A DNA stretch of 64,000 nt from a bacterium (GTDB taxonomy: Bacteria; Zhuqueibacterota; Zhuqueibacteria; Residuimicrobiales; Krinioviventaceae). Below the pieces are notes generated by a model that saw nothing but the letters and a program-made list of their open reading frames with translations, searched no databases and was not told the origin of the DNA. The translations under genes and the position numbers were made by a program. Of this stretch, positions 9,857-20,400 are shown one piece after another; positions within the stretch are counted from its first letter, which is position 1; every line of letters starts with the position of its first letter. The stretch lies in contig CAXXFV010000015.1 of the NCBI GenBank assembly GCA_963674595.2, positions 224,001 through 288,000 on the forward strand, written 5' to 3'.

Positions 9857-11362
9857 ATGAATTCCTTTCTCGAAACCTTATTGCATATGACTGAACGTAT
9901 TGCAAACTTTATTTGGGGCGAGTGGATGATAGTCCTGTTGGTTGGAACAGGAATTTTGTTGACAATTGCAACTAGAGGAATACAGGTTCGAAAATTGTGG
10001 CTTGCCATCGTATTTGTATTTAAAGGGGCAAAAAAGTCCGAACAACATAATAAAGAGCAGGGTGATATTTCGCCTTTTGCAGCTTTAATGACGGCTTTGG
10101 CCGCAACAGTCGGTAATGGAAACATTGCCGGAGTTGCAACAGCCATTGCAACAGGAGGACCTGGTGCCCCATTTTGGATGTGGGTGTCCGGTTTTTTCGG
10201 AATGGCTACAAAATATGCTGAAGGTTTTCTTGGCGTCAAATATAGAAAGGTCGCGGAAGATGGTTCTATGGCCGGCGGACCGATGTATTATTGTCGTTAT
10301 GGTATTCGTAATAAAAATGTAGCCAAAGTAATGGGACTTGTCTTTGCTATATGTGGTGGATTTACGGCTTTATTCGGTACCGGAAATATGATGCAATCCA
10401 ATTCTATGGCACTGGCCTTTAAATCTGAATTTGGAGTACCGACAATGGTCAGCGCTGTTTTTCTTACCATTTTAGTCGGTTTGGTTGTCATTGGCGGTAT
10501 TAAGAGAATTGGTGCTGTTGCTGAAAAAGTTGTTCCCTCTATGATTTTTATTTATTTAATTGGCGCTCTTGTTATTTTAACTGCCCGCTTTAGTTTGATT
10601 GATGATGCTTTTATCTTGATTATAAAATCAGCTTTTTCAGTAAAAGCGGCCGGTGGTGCGCTTATTGGCACAACAATCCAAAAGGCAATTAGCCTGGGAG
10701 TTCGCCGAGGTATTTTGTCAAATGAAGCCGGTTTAGGTACGGCTGCTATCGCACAAAGCGCTGCAAAATCGCCTGACCCAACCTATAATGGACTCATTGC
10801 CATGACAGGTGTTTTTATTGATACAATTCTTGTTAATACGCTTACAACATTGGCCATTGTTTTAACAGGTGTATGGATGTTAACACCTGCTGCGGGTGTT
10901 CATCTTTTGGTAGATGGTACGACACTTTCTGTTTCGCAAGTAGGGCAATTCCCGGCAGAAATTCAGGCGTTTGCCGCTAAAATCGGCTATGATCTTGCTC
11001 AGGGCGGTTTATCAAGTACCGCTTTAACTGCTAAAGCCTTTAGTTCTGTCATCCCATTTGGTGGCACCATAATCGCCATTGCTTCCTTTTTATTTGGATA
11101 CACTACCCTGATCGGTTGGGCCTATTTTGGTGAACAATGTATTCGTTATCTTTGGGGAATTAAGTCAATTGTTGTATACCGGATTATTTTTGTTTCACTA
11201 TTGTTTGTTGGTGCTTTAATGACAGGCAAATATTTAAATATTGTTTGGAATGTTGGGGACACGGCTAATGCTATTATGGCAATTCCTAATTTAATCGGAC
11301 TTTTATTGCTGGCCGGTACTGTAGCTAAAATTACCAAAGACCATTTTCTGGAGCAAATGTGA
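9857..11362 (+). CDS. Alanine/glycine:cation symporter (AGCS family)
   Basis: ALAATVGNGNIAGVATAI, GGPGA, GGPMYY, SNEAGLG motifs. Confidence 0.93.
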   Translation: MNSFLETLLHMTERIANFIWGEWMIVLLVGTGILLTIATRGIQVRKLWLAIVFVFKGAKKSEQHNKEQGDISPFAALMTALAATVGNGNIAGVATAIATGGPGAPFWMWVSGFFGMATKYAEGFLGVKYRKVAEDGSMAGGPMYYCRYGIRNKNVAKVMGLVFAICGGFTALFGTGNMMQSNSMALAFKSEFGVPTMVSAVFLTILVGLVVIGGIKRIGAVAEKVVPSMIFIYLIGALVILTARFSLIDDAFILIIKSAFSVKAAGGALIGTTIQKAISLGVRRGILSNEAGLGTAAIAQSAAKSPDPTYNGLIAMTGVFIDTILVNTLTTLAIVLTGVWMLTPAAGVHLLVDGTTLSVSQVGQFPAEIQAFAAKIGYDLAQGGLSSTALTAKAFSSVIPFGGTIIAIASFLFGYTTLIGWAYFGEQCIRYLWGIKSIVVYRIIFVSLLFVGALMTGKYLNIVWNVGDTANAIMAIPNLIGLLLLAGTVAKITKDHFLEQM

Positions 11363-11363
11363 G

Positions 11364-13457
11364 TTGAGAAAAAAGGTCGTTAAATATTCGAAATTTTTTG
11401 TAAAACATTATCATCTAAAAATCGGACGTTTTTTAGCTTCACATGGTGCTTCGGAATATACAATACTTGTTATTTTTTCTGTTATACTTGGTACTCTGGC
11501 AGGATTAGCTGCTGTTTGTTTTCATGAAACCATAGAAATATTTACTCATTTTTCCCATTCCACAGGCAAAATTTTTTCAGGATCTTTTCCGTGGATTATT
11601 ATAAGCATCCCGATGCTGGGAATGTTGCTTCAATGGCTAATGACACGACTTGCCCCAAAGCAGGCTAAACAAAAAGGAGTGCTTGAAGTCATCAAGTCTG
11701 TTTCCATGAGAAACGGCAAGATTCCTTTCAAGACAACTTTATTTCATTTTCTTGCACCTGCTATTTGCATTGGAACCGGTGGTACGGTTGGCCCCGAAGC
11801 GCCGGCCGCTCAAACCGGGGCCGGAACCGTTGCTGCCGTTGGAGAATTGCTTGGAATAAGCGAATCCAAGCTCAAAATTTTTACGGCTGCCGGTGCCGGT
11901 GCTGCTATTGCTGCCGTTTTTAATACACCTTTGGCTGGAATTTTTTTCGCCATAGAAGTCATTTTATTAAATGACATTCATGCATCCGCTCTCAGTGCCT
12001 TTCTGCTTTCCTCTGTATCCGCAAGTGCTGTTTCACGGGCCATCCTGGGAAACGAGCCAAGGTTCCATTTCGGGCACCTGGAACTGGGGTCCTATGATCA
12101 GTTTTTCTATTATTTGCTTTTAGGCGTACTTGCTGGATTTTTATCCGTAGCTTTTATAAAGTCTAATGAATGGGTTAAGGATAAATTTCAAAAACTTTAT
12201 AAAAAATTTCCTGTTCTCCCTGTTATGTTAATTGTCGGACTCGCTATGGGAATTGCAGGATATTTTTTACCAGAACTTTTTGGCATTGGATATAACTGTA
12301 TTAATAACCTGCTGTTCGGAATGTATTCTATAAAGCTGGTTACCATATTTTTTGTATTCAAATTTGTCCTTGTTTTGCTGATTTTAAATTCCGGTGGGTT
12401 TGGAGGAATCTTTGCTCCATCGATATTCCTGGGAGCATGCTACGGATACTTATTCGCTCTCGTGTTTTCTTCCCTTTTTCATATTCCTTTGGATTATGTA
12501 ACTTATACACTCGTGGGTATGGGAGCGATGTTGGCCGGGGTAAATTCGGTCCCTATTACAGCTATTATGATTTTATTTGAAATGACGAACAATTATTATT
12601 TTATTTTGCCCTTAATGCTGGGGATTGTTGGCAGCCATATTGTCACTCAAATGATCATGAACGGCTCTATTTATTCGCGTGAACTTTTGCATGCCGGATT
12701 TCATGCCGGATTTGGAAAGGATACGACCATTTTACGGTCTATCTCTATTGATAAAGTCATTAGACGCGATATTTTAACATTAACAGATCAAACTCCGGTA
12801 TCACAAGTCGTTAGAGAATTTCTTAACACAACGCATGATACTATTTACACTACGGATAACAACAATCGTATTACCGGTGTTATTACATCCGCTTCGCTTC
12901 AACATCTGATTACCGATTTTGACAATCTGCAACAGGTCCTTATTGCCAAAGATATTGCGGATAATGATATATGTATAATACATGCACATGAATCTTTAGA
13001 ACATGCTCTTCGTTTGTTTGGTCGTTATCGTGTAGAGGAAATTCCTGTTGTTTATCAGGAGGATGAATCAAAACCTCTTGGTACTCTTCATTATCAGGAT
13101 GTACTTAATGCCTATAATCAGATGGCCGCCAAGATGAATTTAAAAGATGGATTGGCAAATGATTTTAAATCTTTGCAAACGGATCAAATCCTTGAAGTTA
13201 TGCCGGGATTTTCCATGGCCGAAACAAAATCTCCCGATAAATTTATAGGGAAAAATCTTGCACAACTTAAACTGCGAAATTTGTACAGAATTGATGTTTT
13301 AATGATTGAAAGAAAGGATGTTTTTTCAAATAATAAAAACGATAAGCAGCAACTCATGCCGGATAAAAATTTTGTCTTTAAAAGAGGTGACAGATTAATT
13401 ATTTACGGCAGAACATTGGATGTTTTGAATTTTAAAAATATTAGTTCTGGAAATTAA
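11364..13457 (+). CDS. CLC chloride channel/antiporter with CBS pair and C-terminal TrkA-C (RCK-C) domain
   Basis: GTVGPEAP, AAVFNTPLAG, FAIE, GGIFAP, CBS repeats, C-terminal FIGKNLAQLKLRN...GDRLIIYG. The start codon (TTG) is uncertain. Confidence 0.88.
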   Translation: MRKKVVKYSKFFVKHYHLKIGRFLASHGASEYTILVIFSVILGTLAGLAAVCFHETIEIFTHFSHSTGKIFSGSFPWIIISIPMLGMLLQWLMTRLAPKQAKQKGVLEVIKSVSMRNGKIPFKTTLFHFLAPAICIGTGGTVGPEAPAAQTGAGTVAAVGELLGISESKLKIFTAAGAGAAIAAVFNTPLAGIFFAIEVILLNDIHASALSAFLLSSVSASAVSRAILGNEPRFHFGHLELGSYDQFFYYLLLGVLAGFLSVAFIKSNEWVKDKFQKLYKKFPVLPVMLIVGLAMGIAGYFLPELFGIGYNCINNLLFGMYSIKLVTIFFVFKFVLVLLILNSGGFGGIFAPSIFLGACYGYLFALVFSSLFHIPLDYVTYTLVGMGAMLAGVNSVPITAIMILFEMTNNYYFILPLMLGIVGSHIVTQMIMNGSIYSRELLHAGFHAGFGKDTTILRSISIDKVIRRDILTLTDQTPVSQVVREFLNTTHDTIYTTDNNNRITGVITSASLQHLITDFDNLQQVLIAKDIADNDICIIHAHESLEHALRLFGRYRVEEIPVVYQEDESKPLGTLHYQDVLNAYNQMAAKMNLKDGLANDFKSLQTDQILEVMPGFSMAETKSPDKFIGKNLAQLKLRNLYRIDVLMIERKDVFSNNKNDKQQLMPDKNFVFKRGDRLIIYGRTLDVLNFKNISSGN

Positions 13458-13478
13458 AAAGTTTATGGATAAAACATT

Positions 13479-13733
13479 TTGTTTTTTGTTTATATTGTAG
13501 AGTGTTCGGATAACACTTTTTACACCGGCATGACCAAAGATATTAATAAACGCCTCAAAATGCATAATGGTGAAATGAGTGGCGGTGCAAAATATACCCG
13601 TTCACGACGGCCTGTCGTTTTAGTTTTTACTGAAAAATATGCATCCTGGAACCAAGCGGCAAAAAGAGAGGCACAAATAAAAAAATTTACCAAAAAGAAA
13701 AAAATCGAACTGGTGAATAGTTGGACCGGTTAA
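13479..13733 (+). CDS. Stand-alone GIY-YIG nuclease (UPF0213/YhbQ-like)
   Basis: FVYIVECSDNTFYTG, RLKMHN, GAKYTRSRRP, AAKREAQIKK. Confidence 0.9.
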   Translation: MFFVYIVECSDNTFYTGMTKDINKRLKMHNGEMSGGAKYTRSRRPVVLVFTEKYASWNQAAKREAQIKKFTKKKKIELVNSWTG

Positions 13734-13735
13734 AA

Positions 13736-14494
13736 TCAGGATTGACAGTTACTACAAGCTGACATTATTTGGCCATTATAAACAGCTTTGATCTTTTCAC
13801 CCGGTTTAACCAGCAGAAATTCATCTTTATTCCATTCACCATCCACAAGATTTTGAATGAGTCGAAGACTACCTTTTAGCTCTTCATAGGCCCATCCTTT
13901 TTCTTTGGCATCCTGCTCTGTCTGTTTTTTATATGTGTCAAAATAGCCGCTAATTGTATCAATATAGGCAAGTTTGTTGTAATTTTTTGTCCAGTCTCCA
14001 AGTGTTTCCATCAAATATTTGGCGTTTTCTTCGCCATATTTTTCTACATACTCTTCATAGACTTTTGTTATCCCTAATTGTGATGGAATGCTTTCAGCGT
14101 TGTTTGTACTGTCATTTTCACGTTCTATCCATCCGGTGGATTTAAAATAGGTACCCGGAAAATTATTAAAATAATCATTATATGCTTTTTGTGAACCTAA
14201 AAGAAGTGTGATGCAATCGTGAGCTTTAGGAATGACAAGTTGTGAATCCGAATGTAATCCACAAACACCATTATTACACAAAGCATAACCTAATAAAACC
14301 GCATCATACTTGTTTTTATCGATTTTATCGATTTCTTTTTGAATATTGGAGGACATTTTTTCTTGTCCAATGTCGTGAAGTCCCTTTGGTAAAAAATGTA
14401 CATCAATAATATTTTTGGAACGTGCCACGCAATAACTGATTTCTCTGAACAAAATTTCGCAAGCTATTAAAAAATATCTTTTTGGTTGAGTCAT
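13736..14494 (-). CDS. DUF1638 domain protein (family often found near corrinoid methyltransferase genes)
   Basis: IACEILFREI, GLH, GYALCNNG, AHDCITLLLGS, GTYF..GW pattern. Confidence 0.8.
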   Translation of the reverse strand: MTQPKRYFLIACEILFREISYCVARSKNIIDVHFLPKGLHDIGQEKMSSNIQKEIDKIDKNKYDAVLLGYALCNNGVCGLHSDSQLVIPKAHDCITLLLGSQKAYNDYFNNFPGTYFKSTGWIERENDSTNNAESIPSQLGITKVYEEYVEKYGEENAKYLMETLGDWTKNYNKLAYIDTISGYFDTYKKQTEQDAKEKGWAYEELKGSLRLIQNLVDGEWNKDEFLLVKPGEKIKAVYNGQIMSACSNCQS

Positions 14495-14566
14495 ATATAA
14501 CCTTTGTTTAAAATTTAATTATTAAGATATGTAAAATTGTAAAAGAACGCAAGATTTTATAATCAC

Positions 14567-14719
14567 ACAATATTGTAACATTATCACATTATGCGACAAA
14601 ATTGTATGTTTTTTTGTTTTTGTGATGATTGATTTATTCGGTCAGATGGTAAGGATGTTGGTAGTGTTTTTTTGATTCCTTCAAAATTGTATGGAATGTG
14701 TAAAGTTATACAATTTTGT
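14567..14719. promoter_or_regulatory. Four ACAAWWTTGT-type palindromes in two pairs with 29-bp spacing; candidate upstream activator sites
   Basis: ACAATATTGT 14567, ACAAAATTGT 14596, TCAAAATTGT 14681, ACAATTTTGT 14710. Confidence 0.55.
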
Positions 14720-14792
14720 AGGATTTTTAAATAAAGTTTTATTTTTAAGTTGCATAAGTTATTAAAAAACAATAATCATTTAATGTCCTTTT

Positions 14793-14808
14793 TTGGCATG
14801 GGATTTGT
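14793..14808 (+). promoter_or_regulatory. Putative sigma54 (-24/-12) promoter of glutamine synthetase
   Basis: TTGGCATGGGATTTGT against consensus TGGCACG-N4-TTGC: correct spacing, but -12 reads GT instead of GC. Lies about 50 bp before the ATG. Confidence 0.55.
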
Positions 14809-14855
14809 TAGAAATGCTTAAATTTGGTTTAATTATTCAAATATTAGGAGATAAT

Positions 14856-17059
14856 ATGAACACGATGTCCAGTTTATCCCCAAGACATGAAGTTTTGGTT
14901 AAAATTGCTTCAAATGGCAAAGTGCCTATTGAAAAAAATGTTACGAATGCTGTAGATGTCTTTGGGGCAAATACATTTAATGAAAATATAATGCGTGACA
15001 AGCTTTCTAAGGATGTCTTTAGTAAGCTTCGTGATACTATTAAAAAAGGTGAAAAACTTGATATAGGAATTGCAAATTCAGTTGCTCACGCTATGAAAGA
15101 ATGGGCCATTGCAAAAGGTGCAACACATTTTACACATTGGTTTCAACCTCAAACAGGATTAACTGCTGAAAAGCATGATGCTTTTTTAGAATTGGATGAC
15201 GGCCATGTCATTGAGAGATTTCGTGGAAGTCAGTTGGTTCAGGGTGAACCTGATGCTTCTTCTTTCCCAAGTGGCGGTGCGAGAACCACTTTTGAAGCAA
15301 GAGGTTATACAATGTGGGATCCATCCAGTCCGGCATTTATTATTGATGGACCAAATGGTGGTATTTTGTGTATACCTTCTGTTTTTATTAGTTATACCGG
15401 TGAAGCACTGGATAAGAAAACACCCCTCTTGCGCTCAATGGAAGCAGTGTCCAACTCTGCTTTAAAAGTATTAAAGTTTTTTGGAAATGATGTTGCAAGC
15501 AGAGTTGTAACCACTATAGGTACTGAACAGGAATATTTTCTTGTGGACAAAGCCTTTTTTGTGCTTCGACCCGACCTGGCGATTACCGGCAGAACGCTTC
15601 AAGGTGCGCCACCACCTAAAGGGCAGCAGCTTGATGACCATTACTTTGGTTCTATTAAAGAGCGTGTTTTAGCTTTTATGCAGGACTCTGAGATAGAGCT
15701 GTACAAGCTAGGTGTTCCGGCAAAAACACGACATAATGAGGTAGCGCCTCATCAGTATGAAATTGCACCAATCTTTGCTGAAGCAAACGTTGGTTCTGAT
15801 AGAAATCAGCTTGTTATGGAAGTATTGAAAAAAGTTGCCAACAGACATGGATTAGCTTTACTTCTCCATGAAAAACCATTTGCCGGAATTAATGGTAGCG
15901 GTAAACATAATAACTGGAGCCTGGCAGATTCTGAAGGCAACAATTTATTGGACCCGGGAAAAACACCGGAAGAGAACCTGCAATTTTTAGTATTTTTGGT
16001 TGCAACTTTACGTGCTGTTTATAAATATGGAGATATTTTACGTACTACAGTAGCATCCGCAGGCAACGATCACCGTCTGGGCGCCAACGAAGCCCCGCCG
16101 GCAATAATGTCTGTATTTTTAGGTGAGCGTCTTACCCAAATTTTAAATGATATAAAAGAGGGAAAGGACTCGGAAGCCACCCGTCAAAACATTATTGATT
16201 TAGGGTTGTCAAAAGTGCCTGTTATTATGCGAGATAACACCGATCGTAACAGAACCTCTCCTTTTGCTTTTACAGGTGAAAAATTTGAATTTCGGGCCAT
16301 AGGTTCTTCTGCTTCTGTATCTCTTGCAAATACGGTTTTATGTGCTGCGGCCTCTGAATCGCTGGAAATAATTTTAAATGATATTAACGCTTCTATTTCC
16401 AAAGGATTAGAGTTGCCAAAAGCTGTTCTGTCTGTTTTGAAAAAATATATTATTGAAACAGAATACCCATTCGATTTGAAGGAAACAATTACAGCAAAGA
16501 GTGGGAAGAAGAAGCTGAAAAGCGTGGATTGCCAAATATTAAAAGAACAGGTTATGCGCTGGACGCTCTTGTGGCAGAGAAAAATATTCAGTTACTGACC
16601 AGTCAAAATGTATTTAGCAAACCTGAAATTGAAAGCCGATATCATACCAAATTGGAGCAATATGTAACAGCTATAGAAATAGAGGCAGCTACTTTTTGTG
16701 ATTTGATCTTGACAAAAGTTGCCCCCGCTGCCGCATCTTATCAATCTGAAATGATTTCAATTGTTTCAGGGCTGAAAGAATTGGATGTTTTGGCTGATGA
16801 AAATTATGAAAATGAAAAAGAAATTTTAATTTCAGTAACAAAATCTATAAATGCTTTACACCAAAACGTTAAAAATATTAAAAAATTGATGAATGAGTGT
16901 GAAGAGATTGAAAATTTGTCTGAAAAAGCAAAATTTGTTTCAGATAACATTATTGATGCACTCCTGCAAGCCCGCCAAATTGCAGATGATTTGGAATTAG
17001 TCATTCCGGATTCAATGTGGCCCCTTCCAAAGTACTCTGAAATGTTGTTTATTATGTAA
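14856..17059 (+). pseudogene. glnA: Glutamine synthetase type III, split by a frameshift at about 16464
   Basis: GSIII motifs THWFQPQTGLTAEKHD, GEPDASSFPSGG, HEKPFAGINGSGKHNNWS, NDHRLGANEAPP and DRNRTSPFAFTG. The second frame continues PIRFEGNNYSKEWEEEAEKRGL...WPLPKYSEMLF. Deleting TA at 16464-16465 gives a 733-aa protein. ATG 14856 has a GGAG RBS. Confidence 0.88.
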
Positions 17060-17072
17060 TTATGTTATTGTT

Positions 17073-17100
17073 AAGCCTGTTTTAAAACAGGCTTTTTTTT
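17073..17100 (+). terminator. Rho-independent terminator after glnA
   Basis: AAGCCTGTTT-TA-AAACAGGCTT followed by a T run. Confidence 0.85.
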
Positions 17101-17153
17101 ATGCTTATTTTTTAAATAAAAAAGATCTAATTGTCCACATTGTTAAAATGTTC

Positions 17154-17182
17154 TTGACAAAGGAACAACTATTTATTATATT
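17154..17182 (+). promoter_or_regulatory. Putative sigma70 promoter of the TBDR operon
   Basis: TTGACA-17 bp-TATATT. Confidence 0.5.
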
Positions 17183-17371
17183 TTTTCGTTTAGTTGGGAA
17201 AAGTGAATTGTTGACATTTGACATAGATTTTAATATTTTAATGATAAAGACCAGAAAATTCGCTTTTAAAAAGATTGCATGTCTAAGAATTCTGACCTAT
17301 ATTTTTAGTATAAATTATACTTATCTTCAAAAAAACCTCAAAATTAATTCAACATATGATATTTCAGTTCT

Positions 17372-17417
17372 GAAAGGAGGTGATTAAACCCAAAACGTAA
17401 ACAAGAAAGGAGGCGAT
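17372..17417 (+). repeat. Two extended Shine-Dalgarno-like direct repeats in the TBDR leader
   Basis: GAAAGGAGGTGAT (17372) and GAAAGGAGGCGAT (17405). The real RBS (AGAGGAGG) is at about 17478-17485. Confidence 0.6.
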
Positions 17418-17491
17418 AGTAGAGAAAAATTGTTTCTGTTCATCGCTAAATTATCAAGTAGTGCTTTTATTCTTTTAAGAGGAGGAAAATC

Positions 17492-20400
17492 ATGTCAAAG
17501 TTTTTAGGAAAAGCTACAATATTCTTTTCCGTGATGCTTGCTTTAATAATTCTCGCAAGCCTTCCTCTGTCAGCCGCTCCACTTGGAAAACTCGCTGGTA
17601 CAATTAAAGACGCTGAAACCGGCGAAGCTTTACCAGGAGTTAATGTGCTGATAGTCGGAACCACGATGGGTGCGACCACTGATCTGGATGGTCGTTACTT
17701 TATCCTTAATGTCCCCCCTGGAACATTTTCTGTAAAAGCTACTTTTATGGGCTATACAGCAATCACACAAACAGAAGTTAAAGTTCAAACCGGTATAACC
17801 ACAGAATTGAATTTTAGCCTGAAACAAACCGTATTAGAAGGTGAAGCAGTTACAATCGTTGCTGCCAGGCCTCTCGTCGAAAAATCCTTAACAACTTCGA
17901 AAACAACCATGGGTGCGGAAGAGCTTGATAATGCTTTACCGGTTGCCAGCGTTCATGATATCGTTGAAACGGCTGCCAGTACTTTCCAAGGCTACATTCG
18001 TGGTGGTCGAAAATATGAAACAAAAACATTGGTTGATGGTGTTGATGTTTCTGATACCTACTTTTCCGGTGGTACTGGACGGTTTGGTACTGGTGATGTT
18101 GGTCACTATTATCAGGGTTTTCGTCGTTCAGAAGGTAATGAAACAACTATGGGTGATGTTACAGCCAGTAGTGTTCAGGAAATGAACGTTATGGCTGGTA
18201 CGTTTACTGCTGAATTTCCGACAGCTTCTGCTGGTATCATCAATATGGTTACAAAATCAGGTGCTGATAAATATACCGGAAAGATTTTTGTCCGTGGCAC
18301 TCCTTCAAATGAGATTGAACATTTTGGTGATAATCCTTACTGGATGGCCAATTCTGTTGGCGATTACGTCGGTTATTTGGACCGTAAAACACTTCTTGCC
18401 GAATCTGAATCTATTCAAAATAAAAGATCAGCCGAGATTTTTACCTGGACTCCTGAATTGGCAAAAGGCGATGATTATGAATATGATCCTACTGACTCTA
18501 CCGGTTTGGGCCGTTCCTATGAAGTTGAAGGAAATTTCAGTGGTCCGATTCCCGGATTGGGCGGAAAAGGCGGATTTTTCTTTTCAGGACGTTATTCCAA
18601 TATGCGTACGTCTGCAATGCCTTTTGACAGACAAAAAACTGTTACGTTAACATTAAAAACACATTATGATTTCAGTTCAGACAAAAGATTGACACTTTAC
18701 GGCCAGATTAATGATGGTGGTAAGCTGTTTAATTTTGTAAACTGGAAATTTAATCCAAAATGGATGTACTATATGGAAGGTGCTCCACGTTATAAAGATT
18801 TAGGCGTTATGGCCTATGCAAAGTGGACGCATACATTATCTCCAAAAACTTTTTATGAAGTACAGTTGAGTCAAGCCAATAAAACCAGTTGGATTGGTTA
18901 TCCTGATGACGATGGTGACGGATATTGTGACATTGACGAATCAGGTGATTTTATTGAGTTTAGTGACTTGAATGAATATTTCAAATATCTTGGTGGACAG
19001 ACCAGGATAGTCGAAGACGATAATGGCAACCAATATACTACTATTGATTGGACCACTGTTGACGGTTATGTAGGAAACTGGAGACAGCAGGAAGAAAACG
19101 CAAATACAGTTTTACCTGCAAGAGATCCTAATAGAACTTTCTTTTATTCTACTATAGATCCTGCTTCAGGTTATAACGAAGCGAAAGTTTCTTTTGGTAA
19201 TCAAACCGGTACATTTCGCCCTGCTTATCCTGCTCCACTTTACAGCAAAACCAAAAGAAATGTAACCACTTTAAAAGCTGATCTCACCAGTCAGATTTCA
19301 TTTAATCACCAGATTAAAACAGGCGCCCAATTCCGTATGCATGATATTGAAGTTAACCATTTACAGTCTGAATTAGGCGGTGCTGGTCTTCTTTATCCGA
19401 TGTCTGCATTCCATGTTGATAATGAATCTTTTAAACCAAAAGAAGTTGCATTTTATCTGCAGGACCGTATTGAATACGGTGGTATGATTGTTAATGTTGG
19501 CGCCCGTGTAGATGGTTACAACAATGATACCGAGAATTTTGTAAATGAATTTAATCCTTATTCAAGAGTAGAATTCGCCGGCAGCTTGCTTGAATTTGTT
19601 CCGAACCGTGGTGATAAAGTTGGCTATAAATGGTTCGTTAGCCCGCGTTTAGGTGTATCTCATCCGGTTTCTGACCGTATGGCCATGCACTATTCTTTTG
19701 GAAAGTTTGTTCAGTATCCAAACTTTTCTACGCTCTATACGGATTATAACTTTTCAAATTATTCCGCATCACCGGCTATGACCAGTGTTTATGTTAATCA
19801 GGAACCCATGAAATCAACATCCTATGAAATTGGTTTGCAGTGGACTCCTTTGGCAGATATTGCTATGGATGCTGTTGTTTACTATCGTGATGTTGAAAAT
19901 TATGGTAATAGGTTGTTTACAATTAATCCATCTGCCGGTAAGAGCTCGCAAATTTATACCACATGGGGTCATGCTGATTCCCGAGGTATAGAGTTAACTC
20001 TTGAAAAACGACGCAGTGCTTGGTGGTCCGGACGCGTTTCCTATTCCTATGCTTATATAAAACAGGCAGTCAATGGCTCTGGTAATGAAAATTTACCGGA
20101 TACCTTTAGCTCTGCTGATTCTGCAGTATACGGAAATCAAATGCCGTGGGATATGTTGTATCGTTACGAATACCGTGAAGAGAATGTCACTATCACTTCT
20201 ACAACCGGAAATGCATTGGCCGGTGGTTTTGACCGTACACATCGATTCAGCGGACACATGATGTTCTTTATTCCTTATAACTTCCAATTAGCTGCTATCG
20301 GTAATGCCATGAGTGGGTTTAAATATAGACAAACAGAAGACGTTGATAACGATCCCTGGTTTAATGTTAGCCACCCCATTAAAGAAGGTCCCTGGAACTA

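Noticed and set aside
12690-12713. 12-bp tandem duplication CATGCCGGATTT x2 (HAGFHAGF) in the CLC gene
   Set aside because: In frame, only two copies, in a linker region; no sign of function.
13479-13733. GIY-YIG nuclease as a homing or mobile element
   Set aside because: It is the 84-aa stand-alone UPF0213 type, with no intron, flanking repeats or DNA-binding extension.
13736-13760. Sec read-through at the DUF1638 TGA after CSNC
   Set aside because: TAA follows two codons later and no extension is gained.
14793-14855. N-terminal extension of glnA from TTG 14793
   Set aside because: It coincides with the sigma54-like site; ATG 14856 has the RBS.
16436-16446. Programmed -1 frameshift at the A6 run in glnA
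   Set aside because: The -1 frame hits TGA at 16454 before the conserved downstream sequence.
17148-17387. 79-aa ORF in the TBDR upstream region
   Set aside because: No RBS, low-complexity AT-rich translation, and it overlaps the predicted promoter. Its KGGD end is just the SD-like repeat.
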